Positions 41,637 through 50,820 are shown, numbered from the stretch's first letter. The stretch: 64,000 nucleotides of DNA from Rhodospirillaceae bacterium (GCA_002724635.1 PBPM01000101.1:48565-112564), one strand, 5' to 3'. Notes: generated by a model from the letters alone, not told the origin. Numbers and translations are program-made.

Positions 41637-41845
41637 GGCGCGGCTCCTCCTCCCGAGGGTTTGCGCGAATGTCACGCGCCGAAGAGGTCTCCTGGCTCCG
41701 GATCGACGGCCCTGTCACATCCTTCCCGGCGGGCCTCCGCCAGTGGGTGTTGCGCCGGGCCTGACCGTTACAGTTGCGGGGGCAGCGCCGGCCTTGGAAC
41801 CGTCGGGTTCCGCACCGGACTTCCCTGTTTCAGCGCTGGGCCAAG
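41637..41845 (-). promoter_or_regulatory. Cobalamin (AdoCbl) riboswitch upstream of cobU-cobW-cobN-cobO-cobQ
   Basis: The minus-strand RNA reads AACAGGGAAGUCCGGUGCGGAACCCG...GCGCUGCCCCCGCAACUGUAACGG...CCCACUGGCGGAGGCCCGCCGGGAAGG...CCGGAGCCAGGAGACCUC. All conserved blocks are present: AGGGAA, GGUG, GCCCCCGCAACUGUAA, CCACUGG, CGGGAAGG, and the B12 box GAGCCAGGAGACC at 41685-41697. A hairpin GCGCG-UGACAUU-CGCGC and the Shine-Dalgarno GGGAGGAGG follow. Confidence 0.9.
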
Positions 41846-42507
41846 GCTAGCATGGCGGTGTGATCGGGAACCAGCGTCGAGTCCATGGTGGGGATATAGT
41901 TGATGTGGAAAATCGCCCAGGCCCCGTCGGGGTGGCTCTCGCTGGGTCCGAAGTGATCGATCCGGGTGAGCGAGCAGTTGTCCACCTGGCAGGCCAGCGC
42001 CGCATCGGGATCGAGATTTAGCGCGTGGCCGATCGCCGCGCGGATGGTGCCGCCATGGGTGACCGCCACGATGTCGCGCCCCACGTGTTCGGCATTCAGC
42101 CGCTCGATCACGCCTGTCACCCGTGTCATCAGGTCGGCGAAGCTCTCGCCGTTGGGCGCGCGCGTATGGGCCGGGGTCAGCCAGAACATGTGTTTGGTGT
42201 CGAGCTCGGCATAAACCTCCTCGCGCTTGCGGCCCTGCCAGTCGCCGAAATCCTGTTCCGCCAAGTCTTCCTCAATATGTGGGTCAGGCAAGGGGAGCCC
42301 GGCTGCCTTGATCGCGTCGGCGGTCTGGTGAGTGCGCTGTAGGTGCGAGGTGACGAGCAGCGCGTCGGCCGGCAGGAGCCGGACGAGCCCGGCATAGGTG
42401 GGCGGGTCGTCCGTGTCGGCGACGGGGTCGGTGTTGCCGTAGATCCGGCCGCCGGTCGTGCGGACGGGGGCGTGTCGGATCCACCACCAGCGTGTGCGTG
42501 TGGTCAT
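41830..42507 (-). CDS. cobC: Alpha-ribazole phosphatase (histidine phosphatase family)
   Basis: ATG 42507 (MTTRTRWWWIRHAPV...) in ATGA overlap with the cobS stop. RHA/RHG-type phosphohistidine motif and VTHGGTIRA. Positioned between cobS and the riboswitch. Confidence 0.75.
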   Translation of the reverse strand: MTTRTRWWWIRHAPVRTTGGRIYGNTDPVADTDDPPTYAGLVRLLPADALLVTSHLQRTHQTADAIKAAGLPLPDPHIEEDLAEQDFGDWQGRKREEVYAELDTKHMFWLTPAHTRAPNGESFADLMTRVTGVIERLNAEHVGRDIVAVTHGGTIRAAIGHALNLDPDAALACQVDNCSLTRIDHFGPSESHPDGAWAIFHINYIPTMDSTLVPDHTAMLALAQR

Positions 42508-43361
42508 GAGATATCCCCTAAAATAATCGCGCTGGCGGCGACGAGGGCCGCGGTCTCCGCGATCGCTTGAGCCGCGCCCAGCACGTCGCCAGTGTAACCG
42601 CCTATCTGGCGCAGTGCGATCAGGCCGACCGCCAAGGCGCCCAGCCCACCGGCGACGAGGACCGTGATCACGCCCCAGCCGACAGGCGTGATCAGGACCA
42701 GCAGAACCAGCAGGAGCGCGAGCGCGAGCCCCTTGAGGCTCTCGCCCTCGGACGGTTCGCCGGCATTTGCGCCAAGCCCGTCCTTGCGGGCTGGCTCCAG
42801 CCAGCGCATGGTCGGTGCAATCAGCGCCCGGCTCCAAACGGAGGCGGCGATAAGTGCTCCGGCCGCCGCGCCTACGTCATGGGCCGCGATGGTCGCGAGG
42901 GCCGCGATCTTGGCGACGATGGTCACCGCCAGCGTTACGGTCCCGTAGGCACCAAGCCGGCTGTCGCGCATGATTTCGAGCTTGTGGTCCCGGTCGCTGC
43001 CGCCGCCAAACCCGTCGGCAAGGTCCGATAGCCCGTCCTCGTGAAGTGCGCCGGTCAGCCAGATTATCAGGCCGATCACCAGCGTGGCGGCTACTGGTGC
43101 TGGCACACCGCCCCACGACAGAAGGCCGAGCGCCAGTGCACCCGCACCGCCGATGCCGAAGCCGACCAGCGGGAACAGCCACATGGCCGATGCGAGGTCG
43201 TGCGCAGGATCGTCCGCGTCGCCGACACGGTCGCCGCCGGTGCCATTCGGGCCCCGGGTCTCGGGCAGCCGCGTGAGAAACGTTACGGCGCAGCCGAACT
43301 GGGCGGTAAACTGGCTTTGTGGATTCTCGTCATTTGCATCCATGCCCGACTTATAGGACAA
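42504..43361 (-). CDS. cobS: Adenosylcobinamide-GDP ribazoletransferase (cobalamin synthase; CobS in Salmonella, CobV in Pseudomonas denitrificans nomenclature)
   Basis: A polytopic membrane protein with FLTRLP, HEDGLSDLADG and GGYTGDVLGA motifs. The start may be the internal ATG 43343. Confidence 0.9.
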   Translation of the reverse strand: MSYKSGMDANDENPQSQFTAQFGCAVTFLTRLPETRGPNGTGGDRVGDADDPAHDLASAMWLFPLVGFGIGGAGALALGLLSWGGVPAPVAATLVIGLIIWLTGALHEDGLSDLADGFGGGSDRDHKLEIMRDSRLGAYGTVTLAVTIVAKIAALATIAAHDVGAAAGALIAASVWSRALIAPTMRWLEPARKDGLGANAGEPSEGESLKGLALALLLVLLVLITPVGWGVITVLVAGGLGALAVGLIALRQIGGYTGDVLGAAQAIAETAALVAASAIILGDIS

Positions 43362-43400
43362 CCCCTTTCCTTTCCGAAACGGAACTTGCGGTCATACGAG

Positions 43401-44447
43401 ATGAGCGAAACAGGCAACGGCGGCGCTCCGGTGGGCGGCCCGGATTTTAACGAGATCCGTAAGCTTATCGGCGAGATGCCGTCCCCGGATGTGGCGGCGG
43501 TCGCGGCTACGCGCGCGCGCGAGGGTGAACTGGCCAAGCCCCCCGGTGCGCTGGGGCGGCTCGAGGAGATTACCGAGTGGGTCGCGGCTTGGCAGGGGCG
43601 CCACCCGCCGAACGTCACACATGCTCGGGTTGCTGTGTTCGCCGGAAATCACGGCGTGGCGGCGCTCGGCGTGTCAGCCTTCCCTGCCGAGGTGACGGGC
43701 CAGATGGTGCAGAACTTCGTGGCCGGCGGGGCGGCGGTCAACCAGCTGACCGAGCTGGCGGATGCCGACCTGCGGGTCTACGAGTTGGCGCTCGAGACGC
43801 CGACCGACGACTTCACGCAAGGACCTGCGCTGAGCGAGGCCGACTGTGCCAAGGCCGTAGCCTACGGAATGATGTCGGTCGAGGCCGGGGTGGAGCTGAT
43901 CGCGCTGGGCGAGATGGGGATCGCCAACACCACGGCTGCGGCTGCGATCTGCCACGCGCTCTATGGCAGCAACGCGCAGGACTGGGTCGGCCCGGGCACC
44001 GGCGTCGCGGGCGATGCGCTGGCGGCGAAGGTCGCGGCGGTCGAGGCTGGCATCGCGGTCAACCGGGAACTGCTCGGCGACCCTCTGCATGTCCTGCGGG
44101 CGCTGGGTGGCCATGAGATCGCGGCGATGGCTGGCGCGATCATCGCCGCGCGGCTCGCAGGCGTGCCCGTTCTGCTCGATGGCTTTACTTCGACGGCGGC
44201 GGCGGCGGTACTGCACGCCATCGACGAACATGCGATCGACCATTGCATGGTCGGGCACCTTTCGGCGGAGCCGGCTCATCGGGCGTTGTGCGAGAAGCTG
44301 AACAAGGTGCCGTTGCTGGCGCTGGCCATGCGGTTGGGCGAGGGCTCGGGTGCGGCGCTGGCGATCCAGATCGTCCGCGCGGCACTCGCCTGTCACAACG
44401 GCATGGCTACGTTCGCCGATGCCGCGGTTAGCAGCAGAGCCAACTAG
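43401..44447 (+). CDS. cobT: Nicotinate-nucleotide--dimethylbenzimidazole phosphoribosyltransferase (CobT in Salmonella, CobU in Pseudomonas denitrificans nomenclature)
   Basis: ATG 43401. KPPGALGRLEE, VFAGNHGV, GEMGIANTT and LGEGSGAA motifs. 348 aa. Confidence 0.9.
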   Translation: MSETGNGGAPVGGPDFNEIRKLIGEMPSPDVAAVAATRAREGELAKPPGALGRLEEITEWVAAWQGRHPPNVTHARVAVFAGNHGVAALGVSAFPAEVTGQMVQNFVAGGAAVNQLTELADADLRVYELALETPTDDFTQGPALSEADCAKAVAYGMMSVEAGVELIALGEMGIANTTAAAAICHALYGSNAQDWVGPGTGVAGDALAAKVAAVEAGIAVNRELLGDPLHVLRALGGHEIAAMAGAIIAARLAGVPVLLDGFTSTAAAAVLHAIDEHAIDHCMVGHLSAEPAHRALCEKLNKVPLLALAMRLGEGSGAALAIQIVRAALACHNGMATFADAAVSSRAN

Positions 44448-44530
44448 CCGCAACACCCGGTCGTGAGGCTGATGTCGCCGGTCCGCGCGCTGCGCCAGGG
44501 GTCTCAGTTTATGCCTCCGATCGTGGCGTC

Positions 44531-45346
44531 CTATTCTCCGCCTTGGAGCAGCAGGCCGCGCATGCGTGCGCTATGGAAGCTCCAAAGGAAGGCCGCCGCG
44601 CCGAGGCACAGGTAGAGAATGTTGAGTCCGGTCGCGGCGAGGAAATAGTCCCAGCGGAACGCGCCGTTGAAGAGAACGGCGCGCATTCCCTCGAACACGT
44701 AGACTGGGGGCAGCGCATAAGCAATCGCCTGCAGCCAGCTGGGCAGTATATCGATGGGATAGTAGACGGCGGAGACGGGGATCAGCAGAAAGACGATGAA
44801 CCAGGCGAGGCTCTCGCCGCCGAGCCCCACGCGCAGCAAAAGCGCGGTCACGAACATGCCGACGGCCCAGCCCATGACCAGCAGTAGGCTGAAGAAGGCG
44901 ACCAGTGGTAGGCCGATGGAAAAGACGTTCCAGGCGAAGAGCGGAATCGCGAGCAGTGTGGCAGGGACAATCCCGATCAGGGTGCGGAGCAGCGATGTTG
45001 TCATCAGTGCCAGCACCATTTCGACTGGGCGCAGCGGGCTAACGAAGAGTTGGCCCAGATTGCGCGAGTACATCTCCTCGAGGAACGACAAGGTATAGCC
45101 GAGCTGGCCCCGAAACAGGATGTCCCATAGCAGCACCCCGGTCAGCAGGACGCCCGCTGCCTGAGCGACCCAAGTAGAGCTGTCGCGCAAATGCATTGTG
45201 ATGAATCCCCACATGATCATCTGGATGGTCGGCCAATACATTAGCTCGACGATGCGAGGCCATGACCCGCGCAGCAGGTACCAGTAGCGACGAACCATTG
45301 CGAGGACGCGCCGACGCGAGATGGTGCTGATCCGGTGGGTTCGCAT
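44531..45346 (-). CDS. ABC-2 type transporter permease
   Basis: ATG 45346 (MRTHRISTISRRRVLAMVRRYWYLLRG...). About 6 TM segments, located 5 nt after the ATPase stop. The longer ORF-track form overlaps the ATPase gene. Confidence 0.8.
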   Translation of the reverse strand: MRTHRISTISRRRVLAMVRRYWYLLRGSWPRIVELMYWPTIQMIMWGFITMHLRDSSTWVAQAAGVLLTGVLLWDILFRGQLGYTLSFLEEMYSRNLGQLFVSPLRPVEMVLALMTTSLLRTLIGIVPATLLAIPLFAWNVFSIGLPLVAFFSLLLVMGWAVGMFVTALLLRVGLGGESLAWFIVFLLIPVSAVYYPIDILPSWLQAIAYALPPVYVFEGMRAVLFNGAFRWDYFLAATGLNILYLCLGAAAFLWSFHSARMRGLLLQGGE

Positions 45347-45351
45347 GTCGG

Positions 45352-46119
45352 TCACTGGGCGGACTGCGCTGACGGCCCTTTTTCGCCGCCGGGCGTGCGA
45401 GCGATGTCGAGGAACACCTCCTCCAGAGTCTCGCGGCCGTAGCGGTCGATCAGATCGGGCGGCGCGCCGCGATCGACGATCTTGCCGGCGCGTAGCATTA
45501 GCACGTTGTCGCACAGACGCTCGACTTCGGCCATGTTGTGGCTGGCCAGCAGGATTGCACCACCCGCATCCGTCCGGTACCGCTCGAGATAACCGCGGAT
45601 ACGGTCGGCCGTGTCGGGGTCGAGGCTGGCGGTCGGCTCATCGAGGGCTAGGAACTCCGGCGCGTTTAGCAGCGACTTGGCGAGCCCGACCCGGGTCTTC
45701 TGGCCGGCCGACAGCTTGCCCGACGGCCGAGTCATAAGCGGCAGCAGGTCGAGGATATCGGCAATCTCTGCGATTCGCGCCGTCGGGTTGGGCACTTCGT
45801 AGAGCTCAGCATAGATCGCCAAGTTCTCGGCGACGGTCAGCCGGTGCGGCAGCTCCATATATGGCGAAGAGAAGTTGATACGCGGCAGGACCCGGAAGCG
45901 ATGGTGGGCCATGTCCTCGCCAAGCACCGTAACAAGACCTGCGCTGGGCAGAAGCAGCCCCATGATCATGGCGATGGTCGTGGTCTTGCCGGCGCCGTTG
46001 CCTCCGAGCAGCCCGACGCAGCTCCCGTGCGTGATCTCGAATGAGATGTTGTCGACGGCGGTCACGGTGCCGAAGCGCTTGGTGAGATGCTCGACTTTAA
46101 CGGCAGACTTCAGCAACAT
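45352..46119 (-). CDS. ABC transporter ATP-binding protein (ABC-2 exporter type)
   Basis: Walker A GGNGAGKTT, signature LSAGQKTRVGLA, Walker B FLALDEPTASLD, H-loop LASHN. Confidence 0.9.
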   Translation of the reverse strand: MLLKSAVKVEHLTKRFGTVTAVDNISFEITHGSCVGLLGGNGAGKTTTIAMIMGLLLPSAGLVTVLGEDMAHHRFRVLPRINFSSPYMELPHRLTVAENLAIYAELYEVPNPTARIAEIADILDLLPLMTRPSGKLSAGQKTRVGLAKSLLNAPEFLALDEPTASLDPDTADRIRGYLERYRTDAGGAILLASHNMAEVERLCDNVLMLRAGKIVDRGAPPDLIDRYGRETLEEVFLDIARTPGGEKGPSAQSAQ

Positions 46120-46151
46120 GGGGTTCCCAAACCGGAGAGTGACGAGGCCGG

Positions 46152-47498
46152 ATGGCCCACACCGACAATCGAGAGGATATGCATTCGCGTGACGGCAAAC
46201 AATATGCTGGCCTAAGGTCGCGCAGTGGGACGGCGCAAGTCAGCCTGCGCACTCTCGTCCTAATTCGCTGGATTGCCATCGCGGGACAGCTCGCTGCCGT
46301 GCTGATCGTCGAGTTCGGGCTTGGCTGGGCGCTGCCCCTCGATGCGGCACTCGCCGCCATCGTGGTCTCCGTATTGCTGAACTTGGCGATGACGTTCCGC
46401 CGGCCGTTGCGCGGCCGGCTGGGAGAGTGGGAGGCGGCAGGCTATCTTGCCTTCGATATCCTGCAGCTCGCCGTGCTGCTGTATCTCACCGGCGGACTGG
46501 CGAACCCCTTCTCCCTATTGTTCTTGGGCCCGGTGACGGTTTCGGCGACCGTCCTGAGCCTTGCAGCAACGGCCCTTCTGAGCGCTCTCGCCATTGGCTG
46601 TGCGAGCCTCCTTGCTGTTTTTCACCTGCCATTGCCGTGGGTGACGGGTGGGCTCGATCTGCCGGTCTTCTATGTGGCCGGGCTTTGGGTTGCCGTGACA
46701 TTGGGAACCCTGTTCCTTGCCGGCTATATCGGCAGCGTTGCTGTCGAGGGGCGGCGCATGTCCGACGCGCTGTCGGCGATCCAGTTGGCGCTGGCGCGCG
46801 AGCAGCAATTGTCGGCGGTGGGCGGCCTCGCCGCGGCGGCGGCCCATGAGCTCGGCAGCCCGCTGGCGACTATCGCCGTGACCGCAAAGGAGTTGACGCG
46901 CGAGATGCCGGCTGACAGTGAGTTTGCCGAGGATGTTCGTATCCTCCAGACCGAGGCTGACCGGTGCAGAGGAATTCTTGCCGCGCTCGGCCGCTCTCCG
47001 GAACAGGCTGACGAGGGCGATCCGTTCGCAACGGCCCTGCTCTCGGACGTGGTGGCCGCCGCCGCGGCACGCCACCGCGACGACCGGGTCACCCTCGATA
47101 TGGTCGCTACAGGGCTCGACGATAGCCCCGAGCCCTTGGTCACGCGCAGCCCGGAGCTTCTGCATGGGCTCGGAAACGTCATTCAGAATGCGGTCCAGTT
47201 TGCCGCCGCCCATGTGTCGATCGATATATCCTGGGACGAGACCGAGGCCCGGGTCGAGGTACGCGATGACGGGCCTGGTTTTCCGCCGGCGGTTCTCGAT
47301 CGGATAGGTGAGCCTTATATATCCAATAGAAAGCAGGGTCATCTTGGTTTGGGTATATTCATCGCCCAGTCCCTGCTCGAACGGACCGGGGCGCGGCTCC
47401 GCTTCTCGAACAGCTGGACGTCCGGGCGGACCGACGGCGCCGAAGCCTCGATCACTTGGCCGCGCGATGATCTTGAAGTCGCGGCATGGGAGGGTTAA
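46152..47498 (+). CDS. regB: Redox-responsive sensor histidine kinase, RegB/PrrB/ActS family
   Basis: Multi-TM N-domain with the RegB quinone-site heptapeptide GGLANPF (GGxxNPF). H-box AAAAHELGSPLATI. Redox-box Cys in ADRCRGIL. HATPase motifs (VRDDGPGF, LGLGIF). Confidence 0.85.
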   Translation: MAHTDNREDMHSRDGKQYAGLRSRSGTAQVSLRTLVLIRWIAIAGQLAAVLIVEFGLGWALPLDAALAAIVVSVLLNLAMTFRRPLRGRLGEWEAAGYLAFDILQLAVLLYLTGGLANPFSLLFLGPVTVSATVLSLAATALLSALAIGCASLLAVFHLPLPWVTGGLDLPVFYVAGLWVAVTLGTLFLAGYIGSVAVEGRRMSDALSAIQLALAREQQLSAVGGLAAAAAHELGSPLATIAVTAKELTREMPADSEFAEDVRILQTEADRCRGILAALGRSPEQADEGDPFATALLSDVVAAAAARHRDDRVTLDMVATGLDDSPEPLVTRSPELLHGLGNVIQNAVQFAAAHVSIDISWDETEARVEVRDDGPGFPPAVLDRIGEPYISNRKQGHLGLGIFIAQSLLERTGARLRFSNSWTSGRTDGAEASITWPRDDLEVAAWEG

Positions 47499-47507
47499 GC
47501 GATCAGT

Positions 47508-48071
47508 ATGTCTGAAGCATCACCACTCGATGTTCCACCATCCGACGATTTTTCGCTCCTGATCGTCGACGACGAGGTTAATTTGCGCCAGCAACTCGCC
47601 AAGGCGATGGAGCGGCGCGGTTTCAAGGCCGACATAGCGGAATCTGTCTTCGACGGCGTCCGTGCGGTCGAGGCACATCCTCCGAAATATGCGGTGATTG
47701 ATCTGCGGCTGGACGATGGCAGCGGCCTCGAGGTGGTTGAGGCGTTGCGCCGGGAGCGTGCGGATGCGCGCATCGTGGTGCTGACCGGCTATGGCAACAT
47801 CGCGACGGCCGTCGCGGCGGTGAAGGCCGGCGCGGTGGACTATCTGCCCAAGCCCGCGGATGCAGACCAGATCGCAGCGGCACTCCTCGTCGACGGCGCG
47901 GTGATGCCACCACCGCCTGAGCGGCCGATGTCCGCGGACCGGGTGCGCTGGGAGCATATCCAGCGCGTGTATGCGCAATGCGACCGCAACGTGTCCGAGA
48001 CGGCGCGGCGGCTGAAGATGCATCGGCGCACCTTGCAGCGTATTCTGGCCAAAAACGCTCCGCGCGAGTAG
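47508..48071 (+). CDS. regA: Response regulator RegA/PrrA/ActR family
   Basis: Receiver domain (LLIVDDE, IDLRLDDGSGL, KPADADQI) and the near-invariant RegA-type HTH NVSETARRLKMHRRTLQRILAK. Confidence 0.9.
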   Translation: MSEASPLDVPPSDDFSLLIVDDEVNLRQQLAKAMERRGFKADIAESVFDGVRAVEAHPPKYAVIDLRLDDGSGLEVVEALRRERADARIVVLTGYGNIATAVAAVKAGAVDYLPKPADADQIAAALLVDGAVMPPPPERPMSADRVRWEHIQRVYAQCDRNVSETARRLKMHRRTLQRILAKNAPRE

Positions 48072-48104
48072 TATCCGAACCATCGGTACGTCGAACAATC
48101 ACCG

Positions 48105-48134
48105 GGCCTTCACGCGGCTCGAGCGTGGCCTTTT
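48105..48134 (+). terminator. Possible weak intrinsic terminator after regA
   Basis: Hairpin CACGC-GGCUCGA-GCGUG (48111-48127) followed by GCC and TTTT at 48131-48134. The stem is only 5-6 bp. Confidence 0.3.
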
Positions 48135-48550
48135 GGCGCGTCTCGGGGCGGTCGTTTACGCTACCGCGTTGCGTGAGGGCTGCAACCGATATGCAACCTG
48201 AAATTCGAGCTGTTCTCAGGAACCGAGGAGGTTGGCATCACCGAGTTCGAGTTGGCTCTGCTATCGCAGTTGGTCTCTGCCGCACATCTTGCAGCGGCGG
48301 CGGTGCTCAAGATCGACGTTTAGGGCTTCGAGCATGTCTATTTGGAGGCCTCCCTTGAGGTGCTCTACTATGCGCAGGCGCTGGTGGACAAGGTGATCGT
48401 CCACATAGTGGTCGTGGGCTTTATCGAGGCTGGGCGACACAATGTGAGGGTTGGGCCCGACGGCCAGCCGATCTAGGCGGACTTCCTCTTGCGCCGCAAA
48501 ACCTGATCTCTGTCGGATGACGGCAGAGGGCCGCACCTGCTAAGAGTGAT

Positions 48551-50014
48551 ATGATGAATGACGCGCCGCGACTGATTGACTGGTTGGACCGGCTCGCATC
48601 CGCGCATGTTTTATGCGTTGGCGATGTGATGCTCGACCGGTTCGTGTATGGCGAAGTAGAGCGCATCTCGCCGGAGGCGCCGATCCCCGTCATGCACATC
48701 GCGCGCGAGGTTGTGACCGTCGGTGGCGCCGGCAACGTCGCCCGTAACCTTTCTGCGCTGGGAACTGCGACGCGTCTTTTCGGCGTTGTGGGCGACGATC
48801 CGGCCGGTCGCGAGGCGGCCGAGGTCCTGTCTTTTGAAAGCTCGGTTTCCCTGTCACTGACGGCGGACGGCGGGCGCCCGACGACGGTCAAGACGCGTTT
48901 CATCGCGGGCGGACAACAACTGCTCCGAACCGATGAGGAACAGCTCTCGGCCCTGTCCGATGGATTGATTAATAAGCTATGCGGCTTTTTGACCGCCGCG
49001 GTATCCGATGGCGAATGTGGTGCGCTGGTCCTGTCGGACTATGGAAAGGGACTCGTGACAGACATGATGATCGCGGCCGCGATGGAGGCCGCCACTGCTG
49101 CCGGCGTGCCCGTTATCGTTGACCCCAAGGGCAATGACTTCACCCGCTACAGGGGCGCTGACGTGATCACGCCGAACCGCCGGGAGCTCTCTGCGGCATC
49201 GCGGATGCCGGCCGATGCGGACGACGAAGTGACGGCGGCGGCGCACCATCTCATCACGTCGTGCGGCCTGGGCGCGGTTATTGCGACCCGCGGGGCGGCC
49301 GGGATGACCGTCGTCACCGAAACCGATGTGGTGCATCTGCCGGCGCTTGCACGCGAGGTGTTCGATGTTTCGGGCGCTGGTGACACGGTCGTGGCGACGT
49401 TAGCGGCGGGGCTCGCTGCCGGCATGAAACTGGCGGACGCGGCGCAGCTCGCGAATGTCGCCGCTGGTCTGGTGGTCGCGAAGGTGGGCACTGCCGTCGT
49501 GCGCGCCGACGAGCTGGCCGATGGCTTGGGCGGGGCGCCGGGACTGGCGGCGAAAATCTTTGACCGAGTCGCCGTGCAAGAGCGGGTGGCCCAGTGGCGC
49601 GCGCGGGGACTCACCGTCGGCTTCACCAACGGCTGCTTCGACATCGTGCACCCGGGGCATATTTCGCTCATCGAGCAGGCGAGCGCTGCCTGCGACCGGC
49701 TCGTCGTCGCGCTCAACGACGACGGGTCCGTGCGCCGGCTCAAGGGCGACGGCCGCCCGGTACAGCAAGAAGATGCGCGCGCCCGGGTGATCGCCTCGCT
49801 CGCCGGTGTGGATGCGGTGGTCCTGTTCAACGAGGACACGCCGATGGCGCTGATCGAGGCCGTCCGGCCGGATGTACTAGTGAAGGGCGCCGACTATGCC
49901 CTCGACGAGGTCGTCGGCGGTGATCTGGTCACGTCCTATGGAGGCCGGGTCGTTTTATCGGATCTCGTGGACGGCTTCTCGACCACCGATACCATCTCGC
50001 GCATTGCCGGCTGA
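48551..50014 (+). CDS. hldE: Bifunctional D-beta-D-heptose 7-phosphate kinase / D-beta-D-heptose 1-phosphate adenylyltransferase
   Basis: 487 aa. The N-half is ribokinase-like (VLCVGDVMLDRFVYGEVERISPEAPIPV, DVSGAGDTV). The C-half is a cytidylyltransferase (GFTNGCFDIVHPGH). Confidence 0.9.
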   Translation: MMNDAPRLIDWLDRLASAHVLCVGDVMLDRFVYGEVERISPEAPIPVMHIAREVVTVGGAGNVARNLSALGTATRLFGVVGDDPAGREAAEVLSFESSVSLSLTADGGRPTTVKTRFIAGGQQLLRTDEEQLSALSDGLINKLCGFLTAAVSDGECGALVLSDYGKGLVTDMMIAAAMEAATAAGVPVIVDPKGNDFTRYRGADVITPNRRELSAASRMPADADDEVTAAAHHLITSCGLGAVIATRGAAGMTVVTETDVVHLPALAREVFDVSGAGDTVVATLAAGLAAGMKLADAAQLANVAAGLVVAKVGTAVVRADELADGLGGAPGLAAKIFDRVAVQERVAQWRARGLTVGFTNGCFDIVHPGHISLIEQASAACDRLVVALNDDGSVRRLKGDGRPVQQEDARARVIASLAGVDAVVLFNEDTPMALIEAVRPDVLVKGADYALDEVVGGDLVTSYGGRVVLSDLVDGFSTTDTISRIAG

Positions 50015-50029
50015 CGCCGGGGCCAAGCA

Positions 50030-50491
50030 TCAGATTCGCGGATCGACGAGGCGTTGGTGGCGCTGAGCGGCGGCGCGCGCGAAGTGGAGAGTCAGCGCCT
50101 TGCGACGGCTCCCATGCAGACCCATCTCCGAAGCCTCGCGGACGATCTCTCCACCCCAAGAGTCCGCGATGATCAACCCTGCGCGCTTGGGTGCGCGCTC
50201 GCTGGGAAAGCCCGGCGGGACGGCGAAGTAGAGCCGGTCGCAGAAGTCCTCATACTCCGGCCACTTGGTGTCACTGCGCAGATCCGCCACGCTGACCTTC
50301 ACTTCCACGATCGCGAATGTGCCCCCGTCCGACAGCCCGATGACGTCGGCACGCCGGTTGTTGGCTAGAGTGAACTCGGTCAGGACCGCGTATCCGCGGC
50401 TAACCAGATGGCGGCCTACCCCGCGGGTCGTCTCGGCGGTCAGTTTGGCGGCTGCGCGGTCATCCGCTGATCTTTCGGAAGGCTCTAACAT
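50030..50491 (-). CDS. MmcB-like PD-(D/E)XK nuclease-fold protein (putative DNA repair)
   Basis: 153 aa. Contains RADVIGLSDGGTFAIVEVKVSVADL, a D...E.K nuclease-type motif. Resembles the alphaproteobacterial MmcB family as I remember it. Confidence 0.6.
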   Translation of the reverse strand: MLEPSERSADDRAAAKLTAETTRGVGRHLVSRGYAVLTEFTLANNRRADVIGLSDGGTFAIVEVKVSVADLRSDTKWPEYEDFCDRLYFAVPPGFPSERAPKRAGLIIADSWGGEIVREASEMGLHGSRRKALTLHFARAAAQRHQRLVDPRI

Positions 50492-50820
50492 GTCGGCAAA
50501 TCGTTATTAAAAATCAAATATTAAACTTTCATCTTTTTGCGAAGGCCCCGATTCGATATCGATTAAGCACTTGGTCGGGAACGTTCTCGGCGATGAATCT
50601 TGCCTACATGTCAGCAGGGGTCGAAGCTTGAATATGGTAGACCAGAAGGCCAGTGAAAACAGCATGTCTCGCGCCACGAGCCGCCGCATGGCGCTTGCGC
50701 ACCTTTGCCGTGCCGCCGGTGTGGCCAGAGGCTGCTAATCACCTTCGAGGCGCCCGCACAGCAGAAGCGCTTAGCCGGGGCCGAACGTTCGCATTACATC
50801 CTGTATTTGCCGTGCAGTGT

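Noticed and set aside
48261-48536. 91-codon minus-strand ORF upstream of hldE as a real gene.
   Set aside because: It has a GTG start only 14 nt from the divergent hldE ATG, leaving no promoter space. Codon bias is moderate, I recognise no family, and it overlaps an equally plausible plus-strand remnant frame.
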